From Phyllosticta citribraziliensis (lineage: Eukaryota): DNA of 64,000 nucleotides. Below the pieces are notes generated by a model. That model was not told where the DNA came from and made no database searches. It saw only the letters and a program-made list of their open reading frames with translations. Below are positions 50,431 to 62,239 of this stretch, piece after piece; position 1 is the first letter of the stretch; the number at the start of each line of letters is the position of its first letter. The translations under genes were made by a program, and so were the position numbers. The DNA lies in contig NW_027117349.1 of assembly GCF_038025025.1 (NCBI RefSeq), positions 744,001 through 808,000 of the forward strand, given 5' to 3'.

Positions 50431-51216
50431 TTACTCATCGTCGTCGAAGAGGGCGCTCTCAGCGCTCAGAAAGCGCTCCACATCCTTTGTCTCGGTGACC
50501 TGGGAAGGTTCCTGCAACGGCTCTTGGGCCGGCCGAGGCACTGCCTCAGACTGGCGGACCTCAAATGTCCTCCACTGCGCGCGATTCTTGTCGAGCTTGA
50601 TCGTAATGACCGCCGCTTGGAAGCGCTCCTCCAGCAACCCGTCCTGGACACCAGCAATCGCGTCCTGGAAGAAGTCCCAAACGTCGCCGCGGCAAGAACC
50701 CAGCGAGACTTGCAGCGCCACGTTGGCGAGCAGGCTGCGCGTGAAGCCCCAGTCGTCCGCGTGGTTGGTGCAGATCTCCCGAATCACGGCAACGCTGGGA
50801 GTCACGCGGTACACCTCGTTGAGAAGCGTCTGGTGCAGCGTCTTGTGGAAAGGGAAGATGTCGAGCACCTGCATCGCTTTGTACGTTTGCAAGCGGCGTT
50901 CGAGCGAGTTGTTGTCCCGGAAGTTGAAGTCGAGTGGCGTGCCCGTCGTCATGCTCCAGCGGAGCTGCCCGAGCACGAAGCCGGCGGCGTTCAGGTCGAG
51001 CGGGATAACGCCGAAGTCGAGGGCCTCGACGTTGCGCTTCGTGGAAAGCTGCGTGAGGAGCTGCCTGATCCCGAGAGAAAAGTGCATCAGCACTGCCTTG
51101 GGAATTGCTTTGATGGTGTGTGCCTTACCGTAAGGCGTTGTCCAGTTGATAGCGATGTACTTACCACTGTCATGGGGAGCCTCTGAGGTGCTGGGGTGTT
51201 GTTGCGAGGCAGACAT
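50431..51216 (-). CDS. Hypothetical protein (261 aa), possibly a diverged BTB/POZ-like fold
   Basis: Single-exon ATG ORF with GC-rich coding-like codons. IPKAVLMHFS...QLL and later TYKAMQVLDI loosely resemble BTB helices (inference only). Confidence 0.6.
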   Translation of the reverse strand: MSASQQHPSTSEAPHDSGKYIAINWTTPYGKAHTIKAIPKAVLMHFSLGIRQLLTQLSTKRNVEALDFGVIPLDLNAAGFVLGQLRWSMTTGTPLDFNFRDNNSLERRLQTYKAMQVLDIFPFHKTLHQTLLNEVYRVTPSVAVIREICTNHADDWGFTRSLLANVALQVSLGSCRGDVWDFFQDAIAGVQDGLLEERFQAAVITIKLDKNRAQWRTFEVRQSEAVPRPAQEPLQEPSQVTETKDVERFLSAESALFDDDE

Positions 51217-52717
51217 CGTATATGCGATGGTTAGCTTCTGATGCGTGCGGCTTACCTGTTCGTAGTTTGGTCTTTGGGTTTGCTCGCTGGTGCGATGATG
51301 AAGAGTTTGTGTTTGTAGTGGGGTCTTTGAATCTATATCAGACCAAAGAATTGCTTGTTTTTGAAAAATGCAACGTTATCAAGAGATTCTTGACAAAGCC
51401 TCTCAATGGCTGAGGATCAGAAAGACTAAACAATGCGATGCTCCACAGAAACAAAGCCCGTGTAGGATGCTTTGCACTTCCCCCAAGCCATAACAATGGA
51501 AATCTCTGTTGTGTTTTGGGCTTTGGCAAACTCCGAGTCCTTCGACAAGCAGCCATTCTTTTATTGCAAATTTAATAGAGGACCCACAGTGATTGCGAGA
51601 AGAAGCTGGCGGAAACTTTGACGAACGAGGTGCTAAGACAAGAAGAAACCAAGACACAAAGACACACTGCTTTCTCGAACAAGGACGACACAACCTCGAA
51701 GCTGACACAGCCTTCCAGAACAAAGGGACTTCCCATTCAAGGCTTGGAAGGAGGTCTGAAAGCCAAACAAAGGACAACAGAAGGATTTCACTGATACGCT
51801 CGAAGGACGTGGGCTCATTCGAAGCTTGAGACATTTTGCGGGACCATTAAGGCGGGCATCCAAAACTGACGCGGGATGATGTCGGCAGAAAAACGCGAGC
51901 TTCTGCGCTCCCACTAGAAGCATTGATGACGCAGGAGCGCGTTCGAAACCAGGCAGAAAAATAGATCAGGCAACAGGCAGCCCAGCATGAGGCACAAGGC
52001 GTTGGTCGCTCTTGCGCGTGCTGAAACAGGTCTCTTCGGCCCAAAATCTTACGGACTGACTGCACTGCATCAGCGCACAAGTTAGCCCAGGAATTGCAGC
52101 TTTGGGGAACGAGAAGAATTTAGACCGTGAGAGAAAGAGGGCGACATAAGCTGGCTGTACACTGAAAACATGGAAGAGAACTTTGCCAGAAAGGGATATA
52201 GTTAGACGACTGATGCCAAGTAAGCTACGAAGGACCACTGCAAGATGTCGTTCGATCAGAGAGCTGGATGCGAGGTACGAGAGCCATCGAAGCCTTCTGG
52301 CACATCATGCCGCTGTCAAATCGTGAAGCGTCCGCTGTGATAGCGTTGGCCTCGGTACGCCAGCCGCTGCATGTGGAAAAGTGTCGTGCAAGGCAGCGAC
52401 ATTTGGTCGCACCGCGTCCAAGTCGCGGCGACGGTGATTGGCAGGCAGCCGCATCAACAGCGCTGTCAACATGTTCAGCGGCGGGTAGTTGACGAAGGGT
52501 TGGCTGAATGGCGGACGTGAAAAGAAAGTAGGGCTGCCAGCCGGTTTTGGACTAGCGGCGCGGCGGGTGGACGAAGGGGTCCGTTCGGCATGACGTCGCG
52601 CTCGGGACCAGCCCGGCGTTTCAGTCGCCAGGCAGCGTCCAACGTCCAGCTATATCACATCTACATCCCAGCGCTGGTCGACAACATGCTTGCAAGCTAC
52701 CTTCCAACACCGTCACC

Positions 52718-54804
52718 ATGTCATCGCAACAGCTTTCTCCTGCACAAGCACATGCTTTGTTCGACATCTTAACCCACCAGGAGACTTATGCCGAAATCGA
52801 ACTGTTCAAGGACCCGCAGGCGATTCACAAATATGGCTACCCATTTCCCAAGCAGCCGGACCAGAAATGTGTGGCACCCGTCATGCACACCATGTTCTCC
52901 AAGTTCATGCTTTCGTTCCCTGGGTTGTGTGACGTTCCAGTCGAATTTTGGTCCGACAGAATCTTGTCTATCATGGAAAAACTCGCCGCAGGCGATCTCT
53001 CCGAAAGCTACGACAAAGGAGCTATTGGACTGAGAAAGACAATCTCTACCGCATGTTCCGCTATGCTCGAGTATCCCGCCAAAGGCATCCTTGGTGGATT
53101 TCCTCAGAAGCCGGTGAATTCAGACCGCGTCTACGACATGTCCCAAGCTTCGGACATCATGCAGGGATGGGAAGATTTCGCACAGGAGCTCATCTACGGA
53201 GACATGATGGACACCCTATTCGACAAAGTTGCCGAGACGGACGACTTGACTCAACATCCGGTCTTGATCCAGGTTGCGCATGAATACATTTTGGTCAAGT
53301 GAGCCAACCTACCCTCATTTTCTTTGAAGAGCCACGCGCTGACGATCCCAAGTCTTGCTTCCTTGGTTCATCACATTCTGATAGTCAACCCTGAGGGTCA
53401 AACTTTGATGCGGATGCTTGACAACATCCACAGACTCATTCCATACGCCATCATGCGACAGACGCTGAAAATAGGCAACGTCGCTACCATGATCAACGGC
53501 ATGTTGAAAATCATTCTTGCCAAGGTCAGCATCGGCTCACTTACCAACTGGGCTGGCCTTAGCAAAGACGCAGACGAGGGGATGAATTTGATGCAACAGT
53601 AAGCCTCCCGGGCTTTCGTCGAGCGTGTCGAACTAATGCGTTTCACAGAATCATCTCCACGGTCTTGTCATGGGATTCCTCCGAATTGGAGAAACGTGCC
53701 AACAAGATCGAAAAATCAAAGGACAGGCCAAGCAAAGAGCACCTGAAAGCGCTCAAAGCTCACATCGAATTGGAGAGGTCCGAGCATGACCGGAGGAGGA
53801 TCATTAGCAGTAAGGATTCCAAGACTGCCAGTCTCATGTACGCGCTGACAATTCTATAATCAGAGAAAACCTCAAAGTCTTTGGTGACCGTAATCTTTCA
53901 AGAGAGCGGATTGTCGACAGATTTGAGCGACGCACAGCACGAGATGTGTCAGACGTACCTTGCATCCGAGCTGGCCATTCGTGACCGCACGCAAATCGCA
54001 CAAACCCTTTGCCGCTCCAACCCGGATCATCTCACGCAAGCAGTCAGGGATATGGTCCCTGCATATGAACCCATCATCCGATCCCTGCACAACGCCGCCG
54101 ACCTGAGTGGCTCCCTGCTAGACCTGCAAAACTTCCTCGACGACCTGATCAAGCTGGCCAAGCTCCCCGTCAAGAAGGAGAAGCGCGATAAGGTCGAGCC
54201 TCCGACGGTCGAAGACTTTGTCAGTCTCATGCGCAAGCACCAGTTCTCGCTGCACAAGTTTTTGCATCAGGTTGCGCACAACGGCGTCGATATCCGCGAG
54301 CGCTATCGCATGTATGCGCACGAGATCCGCAACCTCTTCCAGCAGCCCGCCGACGCCCGCGAAGGCGCTGGTGCCATGACGTCAGTCTTGGAAGCTATCT
54401 TGGCAATCCTCTCCGAGGACGACCGGCAGGCTGTGCTCCGAGCAGTCGACGCGCATTCGAGCTACCTGTCAGGGCTGCAAACGGCGTCGACGGAGCGCAT
54501 GAAGTCCATCCTGAGTCGCGGTCACAGGACCGACTACGGCCCGGGACAGTACCTGGCCAAGTGGCAGCACCTGATGGACTCGACCGTCATTCAGCCCTCG
54601 ACGGCCAGCGGTCCTTTGCGCTCGGGCAAGAGCAAGGATGTCAAGGAGGCGTCACAGATCGACGTCGATGGCGTCTACAGAGGGTCTGTAGTTGTTGGAA
54701 AGGACGCCGAAGGCAGACAGAAGCTTCCAGACCCGCCGAATGTCGACGTCGTTTTCAGCCTCATGGGCGACAAGTACAGGGAAGCTTTGGCCGCTGGGAA
54801 ATAG
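52718..54804 (+). CDS. PX-associated (PXB/DUF3818-like) fungal protein, 4 exons
   Basis: LSPAQAHALFDILTH.ETY.EI, LSESYDKG, LIPYAIMRQTLKIGN, NLMQQIIS. Introns at ~53299-53352, 53599-53648 and 53809-53863. Confidence 0.8.
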
Positions 54805-55132
54805 ATTGAATAGACAATTTAGAGTCAGGAAGTTATGCAATCGAAAGTACAAGAGCAACCTTTGGTCTACAGTGATCGGGGCTTGTTAGCAGAGACGATG
54901 ATGGTGCTGTCGTCCAGGGTTAGACGGGACGGTTGGTGATACGAAAAGTGCAGTGACTGGATGAGAAATACGCTGTCTCCATTCTGGCCCACCTACCTCC
55001 TCGTCGAAGCAGCAAACGCAGTGTGTTCCATCGCCTGCAAACTGCACGAGCTCTTGCCTCCCTGGCCAGCAAATCACTGGCCTCCACTAGCTCATAGGCA
55101 ACTCAATCCACCATGACGGTAACCACGAATAA

Positions 55133-57003
55133 TCACTTGAATCCAGCCTGTTCGTACAGTCTCGAGATGTCCTGCTCAAACGCCTTGAACGTGTTCCTGC
55201 GGTCCACTGCGCCCTTGGCGACCCTCGCAAACGGCCGGCCCTTCGGAGCCACCATCGCCAACTCTTTCCTCAGCTGCGTGGTCTCGAGCACATTACGATT
55301 GTGCTCCTCGATCGCAGGCCAGATCTTGTCCAGCAAGCGCGCGGCGTCATCCTCAGTCTGCGGCGCCTCGATGGCCTCAAGCAGCAAAAACGGCACCGGC
55401 CGCTGCTGACCACCAGCCAACGCATGCTGAATGCCCTCGCAATTTTTCAGCCGCTCCTCCAGCTGCGCCGCGTACATCTTGACCTCGCCAGACAGCACAA
55501 TCAGGTCATCGGTGCGGCCCTCATACTTCCAGAGGTGCGACTTGGCAGGGTCTGGATGGCGCGACCACAGGTCCTTGGTACGGAACTCGATTTTGGCCGA
55601 CGGTACCGAGTCGAAGAAACTGGTGTATTCCTCGGAGAAGGGCGTGCGCTTGACGACGAGCTCGTGGTAAGGACCGACGTGATGGTCGAATACGATGCTC
55701 ATGACTCGGTGGAACGAGAAGTATTGCCAATCGCGCTGATCTTCTGGAACGAAAGTGACCCACGGACCGCCTTCCGTACTTTATTGGAGTCGCAATGGTC
55801 AGCGTGGGTGCTTGCAGAAAAAGGCGGTTAGGCGTTTACCTTCCCATGATGGGGTATGCGTTGCCCCACGAAGCAAGCATATCTCCCGCAGCCTTGGACA
55901 GAGGTGCTCTCCCGAAGCAGACATATTTTGATTTCTGGAGCAGGTCTCGACCTTCGGGAACTCTGAGCATCTCCTCGACCAGGAACGGGGGATGCGTTCC
56001 GCCAACGACATTGCCGTACTTGTAGATCTCGATAGCGACGTCACGATCGACGAGCTTGTTCGAAGGTCCATACACGGCGACCTGGTCGGTAAACACGACC
56101 CCATAAAGGTAAAAGCTCATGCCGAGGCCCTATGTCAGATGTGTCAGCAGAACTTGTTGTGCTGCTTTCTGCCCCGATCAAAGTTGACTTACGTGGAAAA
56201 CGGGAACACTACAAAACATTCTCGAACCCGGTTGTACGGGGGGACAGATCTGAAAGCCCCCTTTGTTCAGATTGTTGACCTTGTCTGCCTTGGCAATCAT
56301 TCTGTGCATCAAGGCATACACCTTTGGATAACCTGTCGAGCCTGAGGTGTGGAACATCATAACGTCGTCATCTTTGGCTTCCTCAAAAGACTTGGCGTAG
56401 GGATACTGAGGCACTGAAGCCGGATCTTTCAAGAGTTCTTCCTGACTGGGTGCTTTGATCATCTTGGAGCCAGGGATCCGCTCCACAAGGTTTGGGAGAA
56501 ACTCAAAATCAGTGCCATAAATGAAAGTCTTGCATCTGGATACGTTCGAAATGTGGACCTGAGCCTCGATTGATGCAAGCAGGGACGGGAAGAGTACCTA
56601 CGTGCGAAAATGAGTGTTTGAATCTCTCAGCCCATATTTGGCGACGTACCCGTCTGCCGACCTTTGAGGCAGCAAGAACCAAGACAGGATATCTGATGTC
56701 TCGGGGTCCAAAGTACGCAAATGTTTCGAAGGGGTCTCCAGGTTGTCGGTAGATCTTCCCAAGGGTGCTATCTAGCCAATGCGCTGCTTCGTTGACGGCA
56801 CCCGCCACTTCAGAAAATTTGATGTCATGGAAGCCTTTAGAGAGGTCATCGTCGTCAATCGGAATGGATGCAAACACTTGGTTCGGTTGATCATGAGCCT
56901 TGGAATCGAAAAGACTGGTAATCACCCTCTCTCCAAATGGAGCAGAGCGGACATCGTAGTCTTTTGACTTGGTCGTGGAACCAAACATCTCGTTCTCGGC
57001 CAT
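55133..57003 (-). CDS. Stand-alone adenylate-forming (AMP-binding, NRPS-like A domain) enzyme, 4 exons
   Basis: HTSGSTGYPK P-loop, PVFH, G(S)TEGG, FRTKDL, GRTDDLIVLSGE, KG.VDR. Three introns join the ORF fragments in frame. Confidence 0.85.
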
Positions 57004-57992
57004 GATATTGGTATAGACAAAGAGGTGAAACCAGGAGGTTCAGGCTTCTGAGGCTGGATTGTTCACACAGTCAAGCTCGTGCTGGCAGTGACGCTGTACT
57101 TATAATATTAATGCCTACCGAGAGATGGACTCCAGTTTGCGGCCGCAACAAGTGTAGAGCGGGGCGGAATCGCATGATCGACCCCAAGCACAAAACCCAT
57201 GCAGTAGTCTTTGCACAACCCATCGGTCAAGCCCGAAAGCTAACAAGGAAATTGTCGGATATGCCCGGCACAAACCGCATGTCGGATTTATTTGGAAGAG
57301 ACACAGTAGTCCAAGTTAGTTGCAGGGATCATTTACGGGCCCAAAAAGAAGAGACCAACATCTGGATTAACTGTCAGGGAAAGGAAGCGTTAGGCGAGGA
57401 TTACTCTTGTTTCCCAACGGAGGGCAGCCACATCTTAAGGTTCAGTGATTCGTAACAGTCCGGCTGAAATCTACCTATGGCGGCGATTTTGAGCTGCAGT
57501 TACATAGTCTTTGCCGTCTTCACTCGCTTCCGATTGACAGTCCGGGCCAAAACTTCCTGGAAGACAGATACGAAGTCCACCTCCGCCGTCGATCCTTCGA
57601 ATGTTTAGTTGTTTTACGCTCGGTGCGGGGAGGTGCAGCCGCAACAGAGGGGAGGGGTTCTTGGCCGATAATTTTCCTGGGCTTTCCGAAACACGGGACG
57701 TTCGGATGTGGCCGAAGAGCTGCAAACCAGGGCTTATTGCCAGAAGTTGCACCACACATGGACAAGGTGGATGATGTAGAGAGCGTTGATGTAGTCATAG
57801 CGTGCGCAGAGAGTGTTGAATTGCTGCAAGTCGATGGAGAGCAGTTGAGATGAGGACCATTCAGTATTTTGAAAGACTGACTTACAGTCAATGCGTGTCG
57901 AGCCGTGTTTGTGTGGTCACTGGAATGGTGTATTGCGCCACGACCTTTGGGCCAAGCCTCAGACGATGCCCATTCGAGCCAGGGGCGGAAAA

Positions 57993-58796
57993 TTATAGTC
58001 TTTCGCGGCCTCGGATACCAAGAAGGTCTAGCTCGCTCGTGCACAGAATGAAGGTGTCCTTGAGACTGCCGACTCTGTGCTGGTTGTTCACTTCTTGATA
58101 ATCCTCACTGGCCAACATGTCCGCAAAATGCTCGATGCTGGGGTAATGAGCCAGAGCAATCTCGTCCCAGACTTTGCCTTCGGAACCTGTGCCGCTTCCA
58201 CGTCCACTACCATCATCGATCACGCTTCCGACAATCTTGGCATCGCCTCCGCGTCGCTTGCCTATGGATTTTGCGAATGCATCGCCGTATTTTAGGTATT
58301 CATCTTTCATTCCAGGTTTGAAAGCGAGCAGATTGAGCATAGAAACTGCTTGCTGTCCTTCTCGCTGGCTGAACCTCTGAATCCAACCTCGTAGCTCTTC
58401 CGTGAGCTCAAGTCCTTGAGCTGACCCGGCAATGCGCGGCTGATTCAATGCGCCCGACAGAGGTGGCAAGTCTTCGGATTTGGGAAACAACAGCTTTTCG
58501 TTGCGTTCTCTGAATCCAGAGATGAGTCGTGATGGAATGCCGACTTTGACCGTCCACTCGTTGCCTACATGCTCCTGGAGTTCCGGTGACAGTCCAGCTG
58601 CGCCGGGTAGAATGACCAGCAAATCCCATGGAATGTTTTGATTGAGCAGTGGATCCACTGAGAGCGATTCAGGGACGATCACCCAGCGGATGACGCGGGA
58701 AACCACGAGAGGCTCCGGTTTGGATTTCAGGAGAAGGTAGAGGAAGTCGGAGAGAGTTGTTCGCAAAGAAACAATGTGCAGGCTGCAGACAGGCAT
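57993..58796 (-). CDS. Conserved hypothetical protein with C-terminal DUF1330-like dimeric alpha/beta barrel
   Basis: Start at MPVCSLH. Pattern MLNLLAF...YLKY...GG...WDEIALAHYPS...F..M..SEDYQ...HR is typical of DUF1330-like proteins. Confidence 0.75.
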   Translation of the reverse strand: MPVCSLHIVSLRTTLSDFLYLLLKSKPEPLVVSRVIRWVIVPESLSVDPLLNQNIPWDLLVILPGAAGLSPELQEHVGNEWTVKVGIPSRLISGFRERNEKLLFPKSEDLPPLSGALNQPRIAGSAQGLELTEELRGWIQRFSQREGQQAVSMLNLLAFKPGMKDEYLKYGDAFAKSIGKRRGGDAKIVGSVIDDGSGRGSGTGSEGKVWDEIALAHYPSIEHFADMLASEDYQEVNNQHRVGSLKDTFILCTSELDLLGIRGRERL

Positions 58797-58874
58797 GGTG
58801 GCGTTGGGATTCAGAATCGCGCTTGAAGCGTGTTTGCAGAATAATGAAGTAGTGGATGTGCCCCTCAATTCACC

Positions 58875-59156
58875 ACCACCCCTAAGTGGGCGTCCAAATA
58901 AACGTTTTGGGCGTCCAAATTAAGTTATTTAATAGATACCTACTAGTAGTGAGATAATCTACTTAATTTAGGTATCTACCTACACACTTAGGGGCCAAAC
59001 CTGAGTTATATGCGTAGAACTTAGTAATACTCTATAAAGTACTTATATACTTAATACTATAAAAGATACGCCTAATTTACTAGTACTAGTATAAAGAGTT
59101 ATATATAAATTATTTAACTATACCTACTAAGCTTTTTACGCAATTAGTAGTAGTAA

Positions 59157-59193
<37 letters not shown>

Positions 59194-59365
59194 TAGGTAT
59201 AAGTTAGTTATTACCTAAAAATGCCTAAAATCTAGGGAGTTTTAGCCCCTAAGTATATAGGTAGATACCTAAATTAAGTAGATTATCTCACTACTAGTAG
59301 GTATCTATTAAATAACTTAATTTAGACGCCTAAAATATTTATTTAGATGCCTACCTGGGGGTGGT
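58875..59365. mobile_element. RIP-mutated non-autonomous TIR element (MITE), 491 bp, 125-bp TIRs
   Basis: 58875-58999 is the reverse complement of 59241-59365 with 12 mismatches, all transitions. AT- and TpA-rich island in a GC-rich background, with no ORF. Confidence 0.9.
59145..59193. repeat. (TAG)n microsatellite inside the MITE
   Basis: About 15 near-perfect TAG units. Confidence 0.9.
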
Positions 59366-60172
59366 TGTTAAATGAGGGTAACAGTAGACATGGAAAAGAG
59401 CAAGCGGGAGGTGGGGGTGCCGAGGCAGAACTCTTTTGGAATCCACCAACGTCGACCCACAACCTCTTCATCAACCACGGCATCTCCGACCAGCGTGCAT
59501 TGTTCCCAAACACTGGATCTTTCGACCGGTCTTCGCCTCAAACTATTGCCGCTCTATCGCGGTACGCGCCTGCAGCCGCTTGCTCGGCCCGGAAGCTCTA
59601 CTCCTACCATCTTCGACAACTTCGAACAGCCTTACCTGGAATTTGATCCTGGCCGAATCTCTCTGGAGCCGTCGCCAATGGTGAATGTGTTACCATGAAG
59701 ATTACTTGCAGCGCGATGCAAGCAAGGGCGTTGAATCTACAGCCTACGTCACAGTCCATTGCAGCGCTTCCCCGCAGTCTTTCCCCGCACTAAACTCCCA
59801 CGCAGAGTGGGGCGACTTACCCCGTGCTCCATGTTCTCTTTCTCCTTAGTCGACAACGTCGTACCAGGCCCTACCGTCATTCTTCCGGAGACGCGTCTCC
59901 CTGCCGTTCTGGGACCGGCTGGCAGGAGAAAAAGGAAAGAGATTGAAGCTCGTACGACTCTGATAATGCATCAAATGACAGTACGAGCTGCACATGCGTT
60001 GACCGGAACTTTTGTGCCGCCACGCAGACAGTGTTCGCCAATCTATTCAATCTCTTGATCCAGATATCTGCACAATCTTAGGCTAAAGATTAAGTATTTG
60101 TTGTTCAAAATTTCTTTGTCCGTGTACAACTTTTGCTTTTCTTTTCTCACAGAGAATTTAGTCATCATCAAA

Positions 60173-62017
60173 ATGCGGCTCATTCCCAAGCCTAGGCCCT
60201 CGAACGCCACAACTCCCGGAGATTCAGAAGCAACTACACTACCAGCCGCAAGAGACGACCTGAAAGTACGTACCGAACACGTGGAGAATGCACCATCAAC
60301 ACTCGACGAGGGAAAGCCGCCAATCGTTAAGGATGGCGACGCTGCTATGGCTGTCATTCACGACGCAGAAGCCCTGCACGACCCCATAGACGCGGCCGAA
60401 GAAAAAAGGCTGGTGCGGAAAGTTGACCTCCGGATCCTACCATACATCGCCGTTTGCTACGCCTTCTTCTACATTGACAAGACGACACTTTCGTACGCGG
60501 CCATTTTCGGAATCAAAGAGGATCTTGACCTAGTCGGCACACGGTACAACTGGCTCAGCAGCATCTTCTATTTCGGTTTCCTCGTCTGGGCTTTCCCCAC
60601 GAATTATCTTCTGCAGCGGTTGCCGGTGGGCAAGTATCTCGGCTTCAACATTTTCTTGTGGGGCGTGCTGCTCATGGCGCAAGCGGGGTCCAAGGTAAGA
60701 CTTTCCAAGTCTAGATGATTCCCAGGCTTGATTCAAAACCGAGGCAGTCAAAGCTGTTCATTCCATTGCAAGGAGAGAAAAAAGCTTGATTTCATTACCC
60801 CTAACTTTCCCCACAAAAACATTCCTTTTCCTGACTACCATTCAGTTCTTCAAACTTTGAGTTAGTACTTGCTCAATTTTGCAGAATACTGACAACTGAT
60901 ACAGAACTTCGCCACGCTCGCCGTCCTGCGCGCACTGTCTGGCGCCGCGGAAGCATGCGCTGACCCAGCGTTCATGCTCATCACAACAATGTGGTACACG
61001 CGGAGAGAGCAGCCCGTACGAATGGGACTCTGGTACACTGCGAACGGAATAGGGATCGCACTCGGCGGACTCCTAGGCTACGGCATCGGAAATATTCGCG
61101 GGGCGCTTGCCTCGTGGAAGTACGAGTTCCTGATCATCGGAGCGCTCTGCTCAGCCTGGGGCATCGTCATGTTCCTGCTGATCCCGGACTCGCCCATGAC
61201 AGCATCATGGCTAACAGAGCGAACGCGGCACGTGGCCATCCGGCGGCTGGCGGGCAACCAGACGGGCATCGAGAACAAGCACTTCAAGACGTACCAGCTG
61301 GTCGAGGCGCTGCGGGACCCAAAGACGCTGCTCTTCTTCGTCATCGGCATCGTGTGCAACACGCCCAACGGCGGCATCTCCAACTTCGGCACCCTCATCA
61401 TCCAGGGGTTCGGCTACAGCACGCTCGTCACGACGCTGCTGCAGGTGCCGTACGGCGCCCTCATCGGCGCGTCCATCCTCGTCTGCGTCTACCTTAACGA
61501 CTACTACGCCAACCGCCTGCGCCGCAACACGCGCTGCGCCTTCATCCTGCTCTTCCTGCTCCCCAACATCGCCGGCTGCCTCGGGCTCCGCTTCGTCCCC
61601 GCCCACCGCCACATCGCCCGCCTGTGGTGCTACTACCTCACCGGCCCCTACAATGCCGCCTTCGTCCTCATCCTGTCGCTCAGCATGGGCAACACGGCCG
61701 GCCACACCAAGAAGATCGTCACCAACGCCTTCCTGTTTCTCGGGTACTGCGTGGGCAACATCGCCGGCCCCTTCTTCTTCAAGACGGACCAGGCCCCCGG
61801 CTACGAGTTGGGCGTTTGGAGCATGCTGTTCTGCCACTTGGCCGAGGTCGTGCTTGTTTGCGTATTGTGGGCGCTGCTGGCGCGTGAGAATCGCAGGAGG
61901 GATCGGAGGAAGGCGGCGCGCGAGGCGGCCGGCGTGGTGGGCGAGAGAGATGCCGAGGCCACGGCGTTCGAAGACTTGACTGATTGGGAGAATGAGAATT
62001 TCAGGTATGTTTATTAG
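60173..62017 (+). CDS. MFS transporter, allantoate permease (Dal5/ACS) family, 2 exons
   Basis: EEKRLVRKVDLRILP, IDKTTLSYAAIFG, YNWLSSIFYFG, MWYTRREQP.R, NTAGHTKK, DLTDWENENFRYVY. Intron 60695-60904. Confidence 0.92.
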
Positions 62018-62239
62018 ACGGTGGGAGCGGCGGCATGATACAGAAGAGACAACAGGTAGATCCACGGTAGGTTACGACGACGGTGAAGATATCCCAGCTA
62101 GAAGAGAGCAAGAGGTAGAAGAGGGTATGAATGAGCATTTTCTATGTGCTAAACTCTATTTCTCGTCGTGAATCGTCAGGACAGGCCCACACGATGACCA
62201 CATTAAGGGGTATCAATTCCGTTGCGCACCCATCCGAAT

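Noticed and set aside
61211..62065. Long antisense ORFs over real genes (also 7695-8732, 17010-18104, 28461-29381, 44518-45570)
   Set aside because: Shadow ORFs caused by high GC3 codon bias of the opposite-strand gene.
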